From Mobula hypostoma (Eukaryota): a stretch of DNA of 64,000 nucleotides. The DNA is taken from positions 52,392,001-52,456,000 of the forward strand of contig NC_086108.1 in assembly GCF_963921235.1 (NCBI RefSeq), given 5' to 3'. Below the pieces are notes generated by a model, which had not been told where the DNA came from, searched no databases, and saw nothing but the letters and a program-made list of their open reading frames with translations. A program made the translations under genes and the position numbers. Shown piece after piece: positions 24,601 to 39,600 of the stretch (the first letter of the stretch is position 1; the number at the start of each line of letters is the position of its first letter).

Positions 24601-27600
24601 GCTCACTACTGCCAGAAGACGATGCTGTAGTCTTGGGCGAGGTTTACTCAATGCAGTTTGTGGATTGGATTCTGTAGTTCACATTATGATGTGTTTCTGT
24701 TTGCTGCTATTTTGTTGCCATTTTGTGCGATTTTGATAGGGCAGCCTGCAGATAGCGAACGACACAGATTGAACTGAATGTGCCTTGGACTTTCTAGGTT
24801 GGTGTTTTATATTGTGTGTTTTTCGCTCATTTTTTATTTCTTGCCTATTGTGCGATTTGGGGTTTTTTGCGCTTGGGGAGATGGTTTGTTGACTGTCTTT
24901 GAATGGATTCCATGGTTTTCTTTGTTTTTGGCTGTCTGTGGGAAGACGAATTTCAGGGCTGTATACTGCATTCATACTTTGATAATAAATGTACTTTGAA
25001 TCTTCAATTTTTGACACTAATCCAGTTAATTAGGACAGTAGACTGTTGCCAAACAGTTTCTAACTTGTGTCATGAAAAGATTTAACAATAGCTGAAAAAA
25101 TTACCGTAGGTGCTTGCATCGATTTTGTTCATTTACAGTCAATCAAAAGAACATAGTGTACATTGAATGAATTTCACTGTTGATAACTATGATGAACACA
25201 TTTTTATAGTACTGTAGTAGTATTGGTGTTGTAATTTCTGAATTTCATTTAAGCAATGAATTGGGCCAAAATGTACTGGTCCCGCTGTGTCCTAGTTAAC
25301 CAGAATCCACTGTATTTCTCATTTCTGTTCTTGCTTAGCAGTTCTGTTAGACAACAGGCAGGAGTGGGAATCTTGATTTAACGAAAAAGTCTGAAATTAA
25401 TTGCACTATTCAAACAGTGGCTCTAACCCTTCACTGACCAAAGTGCAAACCAAAGCATTCATGATCTGAACACAACTGCCAGAGCATTTAGAACATAGAA
25501 CATAGAATAGTACAGCACAGTACAGGCCCTTCGTCCCACAATGTTGTGCCGACCCTTAAACCCTGCCTCCCATATAACCCCCTATCATAAATTCCTCCAT
25601 ATACCTGTCTAGTAGTCTCTTAAATTTCATTAATGTATCTGCCTCCTCCACTGACTCAGGCAGTGCATTCCATGCACCAATCACTCTCTTGAGTAAAAAA
25701 CCTTCCTCTAATATCTCCCTTGAACTTTCCAACCCTTACCTTAAAGCCATGTCCTCTTGTATTGAGCAGTGGTGCCCTGGGGAAGAGGCGCTGGCTGTCC
25801 ACTCTATCTATTCCTCGTAATATCTTGTATACCTCTATCATGTCTCCTCTCATCCTCCTCCTCTCCAAAGAGTAAAGCCCTAGCTCCCTTTATCTCTGAT
25901 CATAATGCATACTCTCTAAACCAGGTGGCATCCTGGTAAATCTCCTCTGTACCCTTTCCAATGCTTCCACATCCTTCCTATAGTGAGGCGACCAGAACTG
26001 GGCAGAGTGCTCCAAGTGTGGCCTAACCAGAGTTTTATAGAGCTCTTAAACTCTATCCCTCGACTTATGAAAGCTAACACCTTATAAGCATTTGTAAACT
26101 TACCAACCCACCCTTCTACCCCCACATCCAGGTCGTTAATAAAAATCACGAAAAGTAGAGGTCCCAGAATCGATCCTTGTGGGACACCACTAGTCACAAC
26201 CCTCCAATCTGAATGTACTCCCTCCACCATGACCCTCTGCTTTCTGCAGGCAAGCCAATCCTGAATCCACCTGGCCAAACTTCCCTGGATCCCATGCCTT
26301 CTGACTTTCTGAATAAGCCTACTGTGTGGAACCTTGTCAAATGCCTTACTAAAATCCATGTAGGTCACATCCACTGCACTACCCTCATCTATATGCCTGG
26401 TCACCTCCTCAAAGAATTCTATCAGGCTTGTTAGACATGATCTGCCCTTTACAAAGCCATGCTGACTGTCCCTGATCAGACCATGATTCTCTAAATGTCC
26501 ATAGATCCTATCTCTAAGAATCTTTTCCAATAGCTTTCCCACCACAGATGTAAGGCTCACTGGTCTGTAATTACCCGGACTATCCCTACTACCTTTTTTG
26601 AACAAGGGGACAACATTCGCCTCCCTCCAATCCTCTGGTACCATTCCCGTGGACAACGAGGACATCAAGATCCTAGCCAGAGGCTCAGCAATCTCTTCCC
26701 TTGCCTCGTGGAGCAGCCTGGGGCATATTCCGTCAGGCCCCAGGGAGTTATCCTTCCTAATGTATTTTAACAACTCCAACACCTCCTCTCCCTTAATATC
26801 AACATGCTCCAGAACATCAACCTCACTCATATTGTCCTCACCGTCATCAAGTTCCCTCTCATTGGTGAATACCAAAGAGGAGTATTCGTTGAGGACCTCG
26901 ATCACTTCCACAGCCTCCAGGCAGATCTTCCCACCTTTATCTCTAATTGGTCCTACCTTCACTCCTGTCATTCTTTTGTTCTTCACATAATTGAAGAATG
27001 CCTTGGGGTTTTCCTTTACCCTACTTGACAAGGCCTTCTCATGCCCCCTTTTTGCTCTCCTCAGCCCCTTCTTAGGCTCCTTTCTTGCTTCCCTATATTC
27101 TTCAATAGACCCATTTGATCCTTGCTTCCTAAACCTAAACCTCATGTATGCTACTGCCTTCCACCTGACTAGATTTTCCACTTCACTTGTCACCCATGGT
27201 TCCTTCACCCTACCATTCTTTATCTTCCTCACCGGGACAAATTTATCCCTAACATCCTGCGAGAGATCTCTAAACATCAACCACATGTCCATAGTACATT
27301 TCCCTGCCGAAACATCATCCCAATTCACACCCACAAGTTCTAGCCTTATAGCCTCATAATTTGCCCTTCTCCAATTAAAAATGTTCCTGTCCTCTCTGAT
27401 TCTATCCTTTTCCATAATAATGCTAAAGGCCAGGGAATGGTGGTCACTGTCCCCCAGATGCTCACCCACTGAGAGATCTGTGACCTGACCTGGTTCGTTA
27501 CGGAGGCATTAGCGGAGGCGTTGTGGAGGCATTAGCGATGATCTTTCAAAAGTTGATAGATTCTGGCATGGTTCCGGAAGACTGGAAGATTGCAAATGTC

Positions 27601-30600
27601 ACTCCACTATTTAAGAAGGAGACAAGGAAGCAAAAAGGAAATTATATACCTGTTAGCTTGACATCGGTGGTTGGGAAGTTGTTTGAGTCGATTGTCAAGG
27701 ATGAGGTTACAGAGTACCTGGAAGCATATGACAAGATAGGCAGAACTCAGCATGGATTCCTTCAAGGAAAATCCTGCCTGACAAACCTATTACAATTTTT
27801 TGATGAAATTACCAGTAGGCTAGACAAGGGAGATGCAGCGGGTGTTGTATATTTGGATTTTCAGAAGGCCTTTGACAAGGTGCCACACATGAGGCTGCTT
27901 AACAAGATAAGAGCCCATGGAATTACGGGAAAGTTACATACGTGGATAGAGCGTTGGCTGATTGGCAGGAAACAGAGAGTGGGAATAAAGGGATCCTATT
28001 CTGGTTGGCTGCCGGTTACCAGTGGTGTTCCACAGGGATCAGTGTTGGGGCCGCTTCTTTTTACATTGTACATCAACGATTTGGATTATGGAATAGATGG
28101 CTTTGTGGCTAAGTTTGCTGACGATACGAAGATAGGTGGAGGGGCCGGTAGTGCTGAGGAAACGGAGAGTCTGCAGAGAGACTTGGATAGATTGGAAGAA
28201 TGGGCAGAGAAGTGGCAAATGAAGTACAATGTTGGAAAGTGTATGGTTATGCACAGCAGAAAAAATAAACAGGCAGACTATTATTTAAATGGGGAAAGAA
28301 TTCAAAGTTCTGAGATGCAACGGGACTTGGGAGTCCTGGTACAGGATACCCTTAAAGTTAACCTCCAGGTTGAGTCAGTAGTGAAGAAGGCGAATGCAAT
28401 GTTGGCATTCATTTCAAGAGGAATAGAGTATAGGAGCAGGGATGTGATGTTGAGGGTCTATAAGGCGCTGGTGAGACCTCACTTGGAGTACTGTGGGCAG
28501 TTTTGGTCTCCTTATTTAAGAAAGGATGTGCTGACGTTGGAGAGGGTACAGAGAAGATTCACTAGAATGATTCCGGGAATGAGAGGGTTAACATATAAGG
28601 AACGTTTGTCCGCTGTTGGACTGTATTCCTTGGAGTTTAGAAGAATGAGGGGAGACCTCATAGAAACATTTCGAATGTTAAAAGGCATGGACAGAGTGGA
28701 TGTGGCAAAGTTGTTTCCCATGATGGGGGAGTCTAGTACGAGAGGGCGTGACTTAAGGATTGAAGGGCGCCCTTTCAGAACAGAAATGCGAAGAAATTTT
28801 TTTAGTCAGAGGGTGGTGAATCTATGGAATTTGTTGCCACGGGCAGCAGTGGAGGCCAAGTCATTGGATGTATTTAAGGCAGAGATTGATAGGTATCTGA
28901 GTAGCCAGGGCATCAAAGGTTATGGTGAGAAGGTGGGGGAGTGGGACTAAATGGGAGAATGGATCAGCTCATGATAAAATGGCGGAGCAGACTCGATGGG
29001 CCGAATGGCCTACTTCTGCTCCTTTGTCTTATGGTTACTTAATACTAGATCTAGTATGGCATTCCCCCTTGTCGGCCTGTCAACATACTGTGACAGGAAT
29101 CCGTCCTGGACCCACTTAACAAACTCTGCCCCATCTAAACCATTGGAACTAATCAGGTGCCAATCAATATTAGGGAAGTTAAAGTCACCCATGATAACAA
29201 CCCTTTTATTTTTGCACCTTTCCAAAATCTGCCTCCCAATCTACTCCTCGGTATCTCTGCTGCTACCAGGGGGCCTATAGAATGTCCCAATAGAGTAACT
29301 GCTCCCTTCCTGTTCCTGACTTCCACCCATACTGACTCAAAAGAGGATCCTGCTACATTACCCACCCTTTCTGTAGCTGTAATAGTATCCCTGACCAGTA
29401 ATGCCACCCCTCCTCCCCTTCCCCCCCCCATCCCTTTTAAAGCACTGCAATCCAGGAATATTGAGAATCCATTCCTGCCCTGGTGCCAGCCAAGTCTCCG
29501 TAATGGCCACTACATCATAATTCCATGTATGTATCCAAGCTCTCAGTTCATCACCTTTGTTCCTGATGCTTCTTGCATTGAAGTACACGCACTTTAGCCC
29601 TTCTACCTTACTACCTTTACACCCTTTATTCTGCTTCTCTTTCCTCAAAGCCTCTTTATATGTTAGATCTGGCTTTACTCTATGCACTTCTAACACTGCT
29701 CTATCGCTCTGGGTCCCATCCCCCTTGTAAATTAGTTTAAACCCTCCCGAACCATGCTAGCAAACCTACCTGCAAGGATATTGCTCCCCCTCGAGTTCAG
29801 GTGTAACCCATCCAATCTGTACAGGTCCCACCTTCCCCAGAAGAGATCCCAATGATCCAAAAATCTAAAACTGCCCCCCTGCAACAAGTCCTCAGCCACG
29901 CATTCAACTGCCATCTCCTCCAATTCTTACCATCACTATCACGTAGCATTGGCAGCAATCCTGAGAACGCCACCCTTGAGGTCTTGTTCTTCAGCTTTCT
30001 GCCTAGTTCCCGAAACTCACACTTCAGGACCTCTTCCCTCTTCCTGCCTATGTCGTTGGTACCAACATGTATCACGATATCTGGTTGCTTTCCCTCTCGT
30101 ACCAGGATGTTGTGCACCCGGTCAGAGACATCCCGGACTGGCACCCAGGAGGCAACAAACTATGCGGGTGTCCTTCAGGCTCCAGGACGGTATACTTATT
30201 ATTCACGGGAATGGCTACAGGAGTGCTCTGCACTACCTGTCTACTCACCTTTGCCTTCCCCCCCCCCCCCCACCAACTGTCACCCAACAACCTGCTTCCA
30301 GCATCCTAGGCATGACTACCTCCCTGTAGCTTTCATCTATGACTGCCTCGTTCTCCCTTATGAGTCAAAGGTCAACCAGCTGCTGCTCCAGATTCCTTAC
30401 ACGGTCTTCCATATCGCCCAGCCGTATGCACTTCTGGCGGATGTGACTCTGCAGGAGAGGGGAGTTCCCCCAAGACTGCCACATCTCACATGAGAGGCAC
30501 ATCACCGTCTCAGGAAGCATTGTAAAACCTAACTGGGAGCAAGCTTGTCCTCCACCTCTTCTCGTCAAAGCCTTTCGAATCAAAGCCGCAAAGCTCCACT

Positions 30601-33600
30601 CGTTCACTGGCCGCTCCACTTGAGCTACCCCTCTATTTATTTGTTTGAGCTTTTCAAACTGCTGTGATGCACTCAATCCTCAAGGAAGTTTTTAAAAATC
30701 AATTATAGCCTGTTGCTATTTCATTTGTGAGAATATTGATATCTTGTGATGAATATCAAAATTGTTTCACTGATGAAATATTTTTTTCTTATCTGAAATT
30801 GGGGGCAGGATGTGTGGTGTTAGTTTGGTGGAGTTCATTTGATTTTTAAAGCTGGGCATCTGAGCAAGCCTTGAATTTAGAAAGGATTTTTTTTCCACGA
30901 AGTCATCCTGTGGTCAGGTACAGGTTGTGTGGAGTCTATTAACTTAGAAAAAAATCATGAGTGCTCCAAGTGTTTCTTTATTGCATATGATTATCATGCA
31001 GAATTAACCATGACATTAGAAAATCCTTACTCCATGATTGACAGAAATTTTGATAACACAAATTGAACATAGATTGTATTTTTGCTTTTTACCTTCTTTC
31101 TAACTGCCTGCGTTTGGATTTTTCATATAAAATTTTTCTGAGAGTGTTGACAAACATTTGGTTTAATAAAATGATTATGAAAGGGACACCTAAAATTAAA
31201 ATGATTCTTTGTTGTTCATAACAGATTTCTGTTGGATCGAGTCCAGGCCTTGCCTGAAAGTCTTATGGCTTCTCGTCTGGTGCCACAATTGCTAACTCCA
31301 CTGGTCTTTGCAGAACCAGTGGCAATCAAAAGCTTTCTTCCTCACCTACTCAGGCCAAAGACAGGTACGTTCAGTGCTTATCTTCTGGGGTGAAGCTGCA
31401 TAATCACACGGCCCATATTAGATGTTGCATTTATTTAGGTATCCTTAAGTATTGTGAATAAATGAATTGTTACATTTGGAAAATAAACACTAATGCTAAT
31501 CTTATTAATTTTATCTGCATTTGTGTGGAAATTTAACAGTACTGTGTTTTAAAGGACCAATATTATAGTCACATTATGATGGAATAACATGGAGAAGAGA
31601 TCCTTTTTTAATACTTGACTATAGAACTTTGTGTTCAATTTTATTTTCAGTTGCTAATTTGACTGTGTATTTTCCAAGTTTGCATATTTTCTTCCTGCTT
31701 TGTTTTTTTTAAACATATTAATAATGTCCCAGTGTAGTCAAATTGTATGTTCTCAGAAAGCATGAAATTAATTGCTTTAAGAAATAAGTGTACTTTTAGA
31801 AGTCAGTAAGAGGTTGGTACATAGAAACAGAAAACCTACAGCACAATACAGGCCCTTCGGCCCACATGTACGTTAGATGAGAATTGGAGTATGTGCAGTA
31901 ATAAATTTAAGTTGGAAAGTCTGGTTGCTGATATTGGATCGCCAAGGTGAAAAAAAATTATCATATATCATGTATCCAAGCACCATTTTGTTTTGTTGTA
32001 TGTATTGGTTTTGGTAATGATGACCTAAGTAATGTTAATCTGTTTGATGTGATCTACAGATGTGATGGAAAATGAGTGGTAAATGTCTGAATGATGTTAG
32101 AATATTTGTACCTCTAACCGAACATAGATTTGAATCAAAACTAATCGTATTGTTGGGGAGGCAAAGTGTATTTTGTCAAGTGTAAAATGTAGACTGGTTT
32201 AAAAGTGCAGCTGTGCAACAAATAAATTACTTGAATTACATTACTGTAGATGCATCTGGTGATGAATTCAGTTGCCTCCTGTCACCCAATGCCTTTCGAG
32301 AGCATGTGATCCCTGTTCTGTTGAAACTCTTTAGCGTGCGGGAGGAGCATGTACGAATGGTGCTCTTGGCTCACCTAGACACTTATGCAGATCTTTTCTC
32401 ACTTGAAGACCTACAAGAAATTATTCTTCCACAGGTAAGTAAAAGTGGAAGTATTCATTTGTACTGGAAAGAAATAAGTAGTTGATATTTGATTAGTGAC
32501 ATTTTTTGGTTAATCAGTTAGGCATTTTCTCATTATAGATTTCCTTCTGCATCTTAATGACACTTTTAATACAGTAGAACATGAATGAAAACTCTTTTGT
32601 AAAGAATATTTAGATAATTGCAAAGACATTTCTTGTCCTTATGAATCTTCAGGCATAATGCCTGTATATTTATGTGAATGAGGTTTTTTTGTTTTCCTTG
32701 AGAGCCAATTGCACCACATCCACTGGTTTCTCCTCATCTACTGTATCACATGTCTTCTGCCAAATATGATTTTTCCTCTCATCTATGCATGTTGACTCTT
32801 AATCACATTGTTTTCTCAGTGTCTTAATATTACAATATTTAATACAGATTCTGGTCTTTTCCCATCTGCCAAAAAATGACCGAAAATTCCCTGTGTGTTT
32901 TTTTAAACATTCCTTCCTGTCTTAAGTAATGATGTCACATTTGTTACCATCCATTCTTAAGAATCTTTGGAATTTTGTTGTGAATCTATGAAATTGTATC
33001 TTGAGCATCCATCACCCCTAGCTTCAAGATTCTTAGTCATCAGTCCCCCAACATCCCACACAGTACAGGATGTCACACAGTTGAGATATCCTGCTATGCC
33101 TTTACTAATGTAGTACAAATTTGTTAGAAAGTACTCACCAATTTCTTGCTATATGACAATCTGCCTTCCCCTGATGTAACAATCTCAAGCCACTTTGCAT
33201 TGAGTCACTCCAGCTACTTACGTGTTCACCCTTGCAGTCTGCTCACTAAAGTCCAGAATGCTGTGCTCAAATCATCACCTGTAACCTACTCTGCACTTTC
33301 CTTATCCAACAACTGTACAAGGTGTTCCAAATTCCCCCAGCTCTTATTTTCCTTGTCCTAAACTTATCCCTCCCAGTTCACTCATTCTGGAAACGTGGAT
33401 GAGTTGTTGCCGATTCAGGGCCATAATTCTGTGCATGGTCATGTGGTCAGTTTGAAGTGAGGAATGTGCAGTGTGCCAGCAGGAGTCTGCATCTTCAGTC
33501 TGATTTGAGTAATACACAATTGCTTGCTCTGGCACTACTTTGTCCCACTGAGAGTATTTTTTCCCCATGTGCAAATACAGTTAGTGATCAACTGGTGCTA

Positions 33601-36600
33601 TTCATTGCTTGCAGAAAAACGTGGCCCAATATCTAATTGATTCTGCCATTTTCAAAATAGCCAAAAACAGATGGGTCCTGTATTTAATGCATCATCGGAA
33701 AGTGACAACACTAATGTTATATTATCTCAGTACTGCATGGGAGAATCGGTGCAGAATTTGTGCTCCAATCTCTGGTGTGGGACTTGAATCTGTAATTCCT
33801 AGTTCAAAGATGAGTCTGACCTTAGACAAATGATAATGGAGACTTCAATAGGCCAGTTTTAGTAATTATCAGTTACAATGAAGTAATATAAGCTGGAATT
33901 TTTGTTATGCACTACCTTATTTCACCAAGAACTGAAATTTGACTTGCTATAGTAAAGTACCGAATCCATTTTTTTTTTAAGATATTGCTAGGACTGAGAG
34001 ATACTAGCAACACGCTGGTATCAGGAACACTTTCCAGCCTTGCAGTATTGGTGCCACTTCTTGGAGCTGAGGTGGTAGTTGGAGGTGAAAGAGCAAAGAT
34101 CTTCAAACGTGCCACACCCAACTTCAAATCAACTGAAATAACCCCTGAAGGTGAGGTAGAAAAAAATTGCTGTCTGCTACCTTGAAACTCTTAATTTGTA
34201 AGAAAATAATTTTCAAGTTTTGAGGTTACACATGCCTTACATGTTAGAGTTTCAATATATAACCTGAAGACTTCGAAATTATTTCCCTGATATAGCAATA
34301 AATACAGGAAAAGGCTGGAAACAGTCAGCAGACCAGGCAGTATTTATGGAGGGTGTAGTAGCTAGTATCAGGTCTTGGATAGGAAAAGAAGCTTATATCT
34401 CAAACATTAGCTGTTTCTTTCTGAAGATGCTGTTTAACCTGCTGTATCCAGTATTATCTGTTTTTACTTTAGATTTCCAGCATTTTTTGATTTTCATTTT
34501 CTGCTAAATTATATTAAGATTGCAGTGATAAGAATGTTTTTATTGGGATATATTTTAAATGGTTTAAATAGTTAATTTGCTTATGCTGTTATTGTGATAA
34601 TTGAGATGCAATTATTCTTGCTTGGAGAGAAATTTGTAATCTTGTTTTTTTTTCTGTTTAAGGTTCCCCTACACATGTCATCAACAGTAATGAGCATCTT
34701 AGTCTACTGGCTTTAAGCAATTCTGTTAAACCATCTTCAAAGAAGTCTGAATTGGAGAAGAAGTGTACAAGGGGGAGGGAGAAAGTCCGAGCAAACTCCA
34801 CTGAAAATTTCCAGCCTGTAAAGTTTCAGCTATTGACAACACAAGGTAACCTTTTGGATGGTTTTGCAAAAATGAGTTTATTGGACACAAAACAAATTAC
34901 TTAATTTATTTGTTCACACATTGCCAGTGTTTATTGCCCATCATTAATTGCCTGTAAATGAAGGATGCAATTGAAAATCAACTTAGGGTAGGTCTGGAAC
35001 CTCTTGGAGGCCAAATTTGAGTTAGGACTGTTGAAGGGTATTTGTAAACCAGGTGGCTTGTTACAAAAATGCATCACTGAGATGAGTTTTTTTAGATTGC
35101 ATTTAATTACTTGTATTTAAATTCCCCCCGCAGCTGCTATTTTGATATTTTAACAAGTCTTGCTTTGCCTATGACCTATTCCCCCTTAAAAACCTATCAT
35201 CTGGTTCTTTTGCACACACATAATTTGAATTATTTGGGTGAGGGTGGGAAAGTGAAGGAGAGTCCATGTGGTCACAAGGAGATGGTGCAAATTGTGTACC
35301 TACAATTGGGATTAGGCTGTGTAGTAACAGTTCCATGTGCCATACTATTGTGCCACCCCTGGGTCATTCCATCTTGTCCTGGCTGGTAGTCTCATAACTT
35401 GATTCCATAACTATCATATTTTAAATGGATGTGATCGTCACCTGGTTGAGAGCATCATTTTTCTGTTTTAACATTTTTATTCAATATTTGTTAAATTGGG
35501 GATTTATTGGTTAACACATAATTGAGACATTAGGAGTAACTTAAAATGAAAATATGTGCTTGTTAATGAAAAGTTACAAGAATGGTTTTTGTTCTAAATT
35601 ATAAACTTTGAAAAATACTTTAAGATTTTCATTTACTGTAAATGTATTTTCTAAATCCTAGCTAAGTGGCATAAAGGAAATGTGGGAATGCTATTTTCAT
35701 AAAGATATGCATTAATTATAAATAAATAATTCCCCAAGTAGCATGTTGATATTAAAGTTTCTTCCCAGTTTACCGTCCAAACATTCTGATGGTATGAACA
35801 TTCATGTTATATTATGCATTTGACCTTGTACCTGCCTATAAAGCAAATATTTGATAGTAACTTTAATTTTTACTTTCTTTATGAACCTTGTAGCCCAGTA
35901 TAAAGAACAAACAGCCATAACGTCCATTATTGGTATTCGTGGGAATGAAATTTTGGGTGTTGATAGTGCACAAAGCTCAATGCACACCCACAACTGTGCA
36001 GAAGATTGGCCAGACTGGAGCAAGCCGAACAATGAAATACTGCTTAAGCCTAAAAAAGATTGCATTCTGGCAGGAAACAGTTTTGGGAATATTACAGTTG
36101 ATGACGAACCATGGGATGACTTTGAAACTGAAGATGGTCAATCTAATGCAATAACAGAGGAACAGGCAGTTAATCCACATATATCTAATTTATCTCCTTT
36201 TGAGAATAAATCTCAGTCCAAGGCCATGAAACTTTCTTCAGCACTGAAAATCCATTCAGAAATGCCTGGTGAGAGTTGGAAGAATAACTGTAAAGAGCAG
36301 AAAGTTTTGGTAGAGGAAAAGAGAAAAACAAATTCTATTGCACAGATACCCTCCAGGCAGAGGACCACAATGAAGAAAACATCTTTGAATGATGAGCTGG
36401 GAGAGGAATTCACCATTAGTGTCAAGAAAAGGCCAGAGAGAGACCCTGAACTAGATCTCTTTGCTGATATGATACCAGATATTAAACTGTCTTCCACTGG
36501 CTTGTTAGTGCCAACACAGGGATCAGAGTTGGCTGGTTCTGCCAAAGAAACTGAAGTAGCTTCAAGAGGTACAGAGATGTTGACAGAAAGAGACAATTCA

Positions 36601-39600
36601 CAAACTTTAGCACTTGCATCAAAGTTTGCTGCAACAGACACAGTTGAGGTGAGTTGCCAATTATCAAATCCACTGGTATGCTAGCAAGAGCTAGTATTTT
36701 TTATGATGATACAATATTTTGTAGTACTTGAGACGAAGTGTAGGTTTGTTCTCATACATATTATGGTGTGATTGAACATCTGTGGAATATTCAGATTGGA
36801 GTGTGGGATCTTGAGTTGCTTTGCCACAGAAGCCAAAAGCAACTGTATGTTTACAGAACGCCACAATGAGACACTTGCCTTTTCTGGCTAAAGCATAATA
36901 TGTAAAAGCAAGGATTTCATGTTAAAGTTATAAATGCTAATCTGGCTGTACAGTACTGCCTATAGTCTGGTCACCACATGACAGGAAGAATGTGATAACA
37001 CTATGTAGAAAGTAATTGGAAGCCAGAATAAAGATGTTTTTTTTCCACCCAAAGAATCAGAATCAGGTTTAACATTACCGGCATATGTCATGAAATTTGT
37101 TAACTTAGTGGCAGCAGTACAATGCAATACATGTTAATATAGAAAAAAAGTAAATCAATTACAGTATGTATGTTAAACAGTTAAATTAAAAATGGTGCAA
37201 AACAAATAATATAAAAAAGTGACATAGTGTTCATGGGTTCAATGTCCATTTAGAATGATACTCAGCCTTAGAGTAGTGAAGACAAAAAATGTTCAACACA
37301 GAGCTTTTGGATTAATATTTGAGCTGCTGCAGCCTACAGCCTGAGGCTTGGGAAACAGAATTGGCCCAAATAGTACTTTAGCCATGGGCACAATGAGTTG
37401 AGCCTACACTGTGAATTTCTTAATAGCTCACGATTTTATTTGTCATAGTATTTTAGCTCTTGCCTTCCATATTCGGAAGATATGGAAAATTGATTCCATT
37501 TTTTGAGATTACTTAAAATTGTTTTGCTTAATAATTTGTTTACAATTGTTTAATCTTTAATTCATAATTAAAGGTTCCACACAGTAGGCTTCTTCAGAAA
37601 GTCAGAAGGCATGGGATCCAGGGAAGTTTGGCCAGGTGGATTCAGAATTGGCTTGCCTGCAGAAGGCAGAGGGTCGTGGTGGAGGGAGTAGATTGGGATT
37701 GTTGGGTTGTGACTAGTGGTGTCCCACAAGGATCTGTTCTGGGATCTCTACTTTTCGTGATTTTTATTAACGACCTGGATGTGGGGGTAGAAGGGCGGGT
37801 TGGCAAGTTTGCAGATGACACAAAAGTTGGTGGTGTTGTAGATAGTGTAGAGGATTGTCAAAGTTTGCAGAGAGACATTGATAGGATGCAGAAGTGGGCT
37901 GAGAAGTGGCAGATGATGTTCAACCTGGAGAAGTGTGAGGTGGTACACTTTGGAAGGATAAACTCCAAGACAGAGTACAAAGTAAATGGCAGGATATGGC
38001 AGTGTGGAGGAGCAGAGGGATCTGGGGGTACATGTCCACAGATCCCTGAAAGTTGCCTCACAGGTGGATAGGGTAGTTAAGAAAGCTTAGGGGGTGTTAG
38101 CTTTCATAAGTCGAGGGATAGAGTTTAAGAGTCGCGATATAATGATGCAGCTCTATAAAACTCTGGTTAGGCCACACTTGGAGTACTGTGTCCAGTTCTG
38201 GTCGCCTCACTATAGGAAGGATGTAGAAGTATTGGAAAGGGTACAGAGGAGATTTACCAGGATGCTGCCTGGTTTAGAGAGTATGCATTATGATCAGAGA
38301 TTAAGGGAGCTAGGGCTTTACTCTTTGGAGAGAAGGAGGATGAGAGGAGACATGATCGAGGTGTACAAGATAATAAGAGGAATAGATAAGAGTGGATAGC
38401 CAGCACCTCTTCCCCAGGGCACCACTGCTCAATACAAGAGGACATGGCTTTAAGGTAAGGAGTGAGAAGTTCAAGGGGGATATTAGAGGAAGGTTTTTTT
38501 ACTCAGAGAGTGGTTGGTGCGTGGAATGCACTGCCTGAGTCAGTGGTGGAGGCAGATACACTAGTGAAGTGTAAGAGACTACTAGACAGGTATATGGAGG
38601 AATTTAAGGTGGGGGCTTATATGGGAGGCAGGGTTTGAGGGTCGGCACAACATTGTGGGCCGAAGGGCCTGTACTTTTCTATGTTCTATAATTCAAGGTT
38701 AGATGAGTACTGCATATCTGGGTTTAAAGATAGATTGAGGGGAAAAATATGCAAGTAAGCTTGGCGGGTATATAAAAACTGACTAAGCACTTGTGGAAAT
38801 ATGTGGAGAGGAGAACCTAGGTAAGAACAAATGTTGGCCCCTGAGTGTTAATAAAGGATGAAATTATAATTGTTCTCCCATTTTTGTTTCTAATTGAGCA
38901 CTTTATTTTGTTCTACAATGAAAGGCACAAGAAACCTTCCAGATAGGTTAGGGAACCATGGGAGGAACTGAAGGAAATAATTATTAATAATAAACAGTTC
39001 TGGTAAAATTATTGGGGCTAAGGGCTGATAAATCCCCAGGGTCTGGTAATCTACACCTCTGTGTACTGAAATTGACTTGATCAGGGAATGTAGTTGCAGT
39101 AGTGGTAATATTGCAAAGTTCTTCAGATGCTGAAGTTCCTGCACCTTCAGAGGTGGTAAATATTTTTTAAAATGGAATTGCAGTTTAGTAAGCCCAAACT
39201 AAGTAGTGTAGAAAATGCTAGCATCTAATATAAAAATACCTGGAAGGAATTAACAGTGTTGGACAAAGTTAGCATGTTTTTCTGAAATGCAATCATGTTA
39301 ACCAACCTACTGGAGATTTTTTTTTGAGAATGTAACTGGAATAGATGAGAGTATCAGCAGATATGGGTTTATTTGGACATTCAGAAAAACTTTTGATAAG
39401 GTCAAAATGAATGTTTTCCTTCATTAACAGTTGTCAGACCTGCCCATGGAATGGGAGGTTTCAGAATCTGGACAGGAAGTAGAGCAATTCAGAGTAAGAG
39501 ATGCACAAACTTTATTTCTCATGGCAGTTGATTATAACATCACGAGCTAGCAGAAACTGCAGCCTGCCAGAAAGAGCTATAGAACCCTCAGTAAACCAAC

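Noticed and set aside
25916..28950. 517-aa and 475-aa ORFs as host or domesticated genes
   Set aside because: Both are CR1 ORF2 fragments, truncated or internally deleted, with LINE tails.
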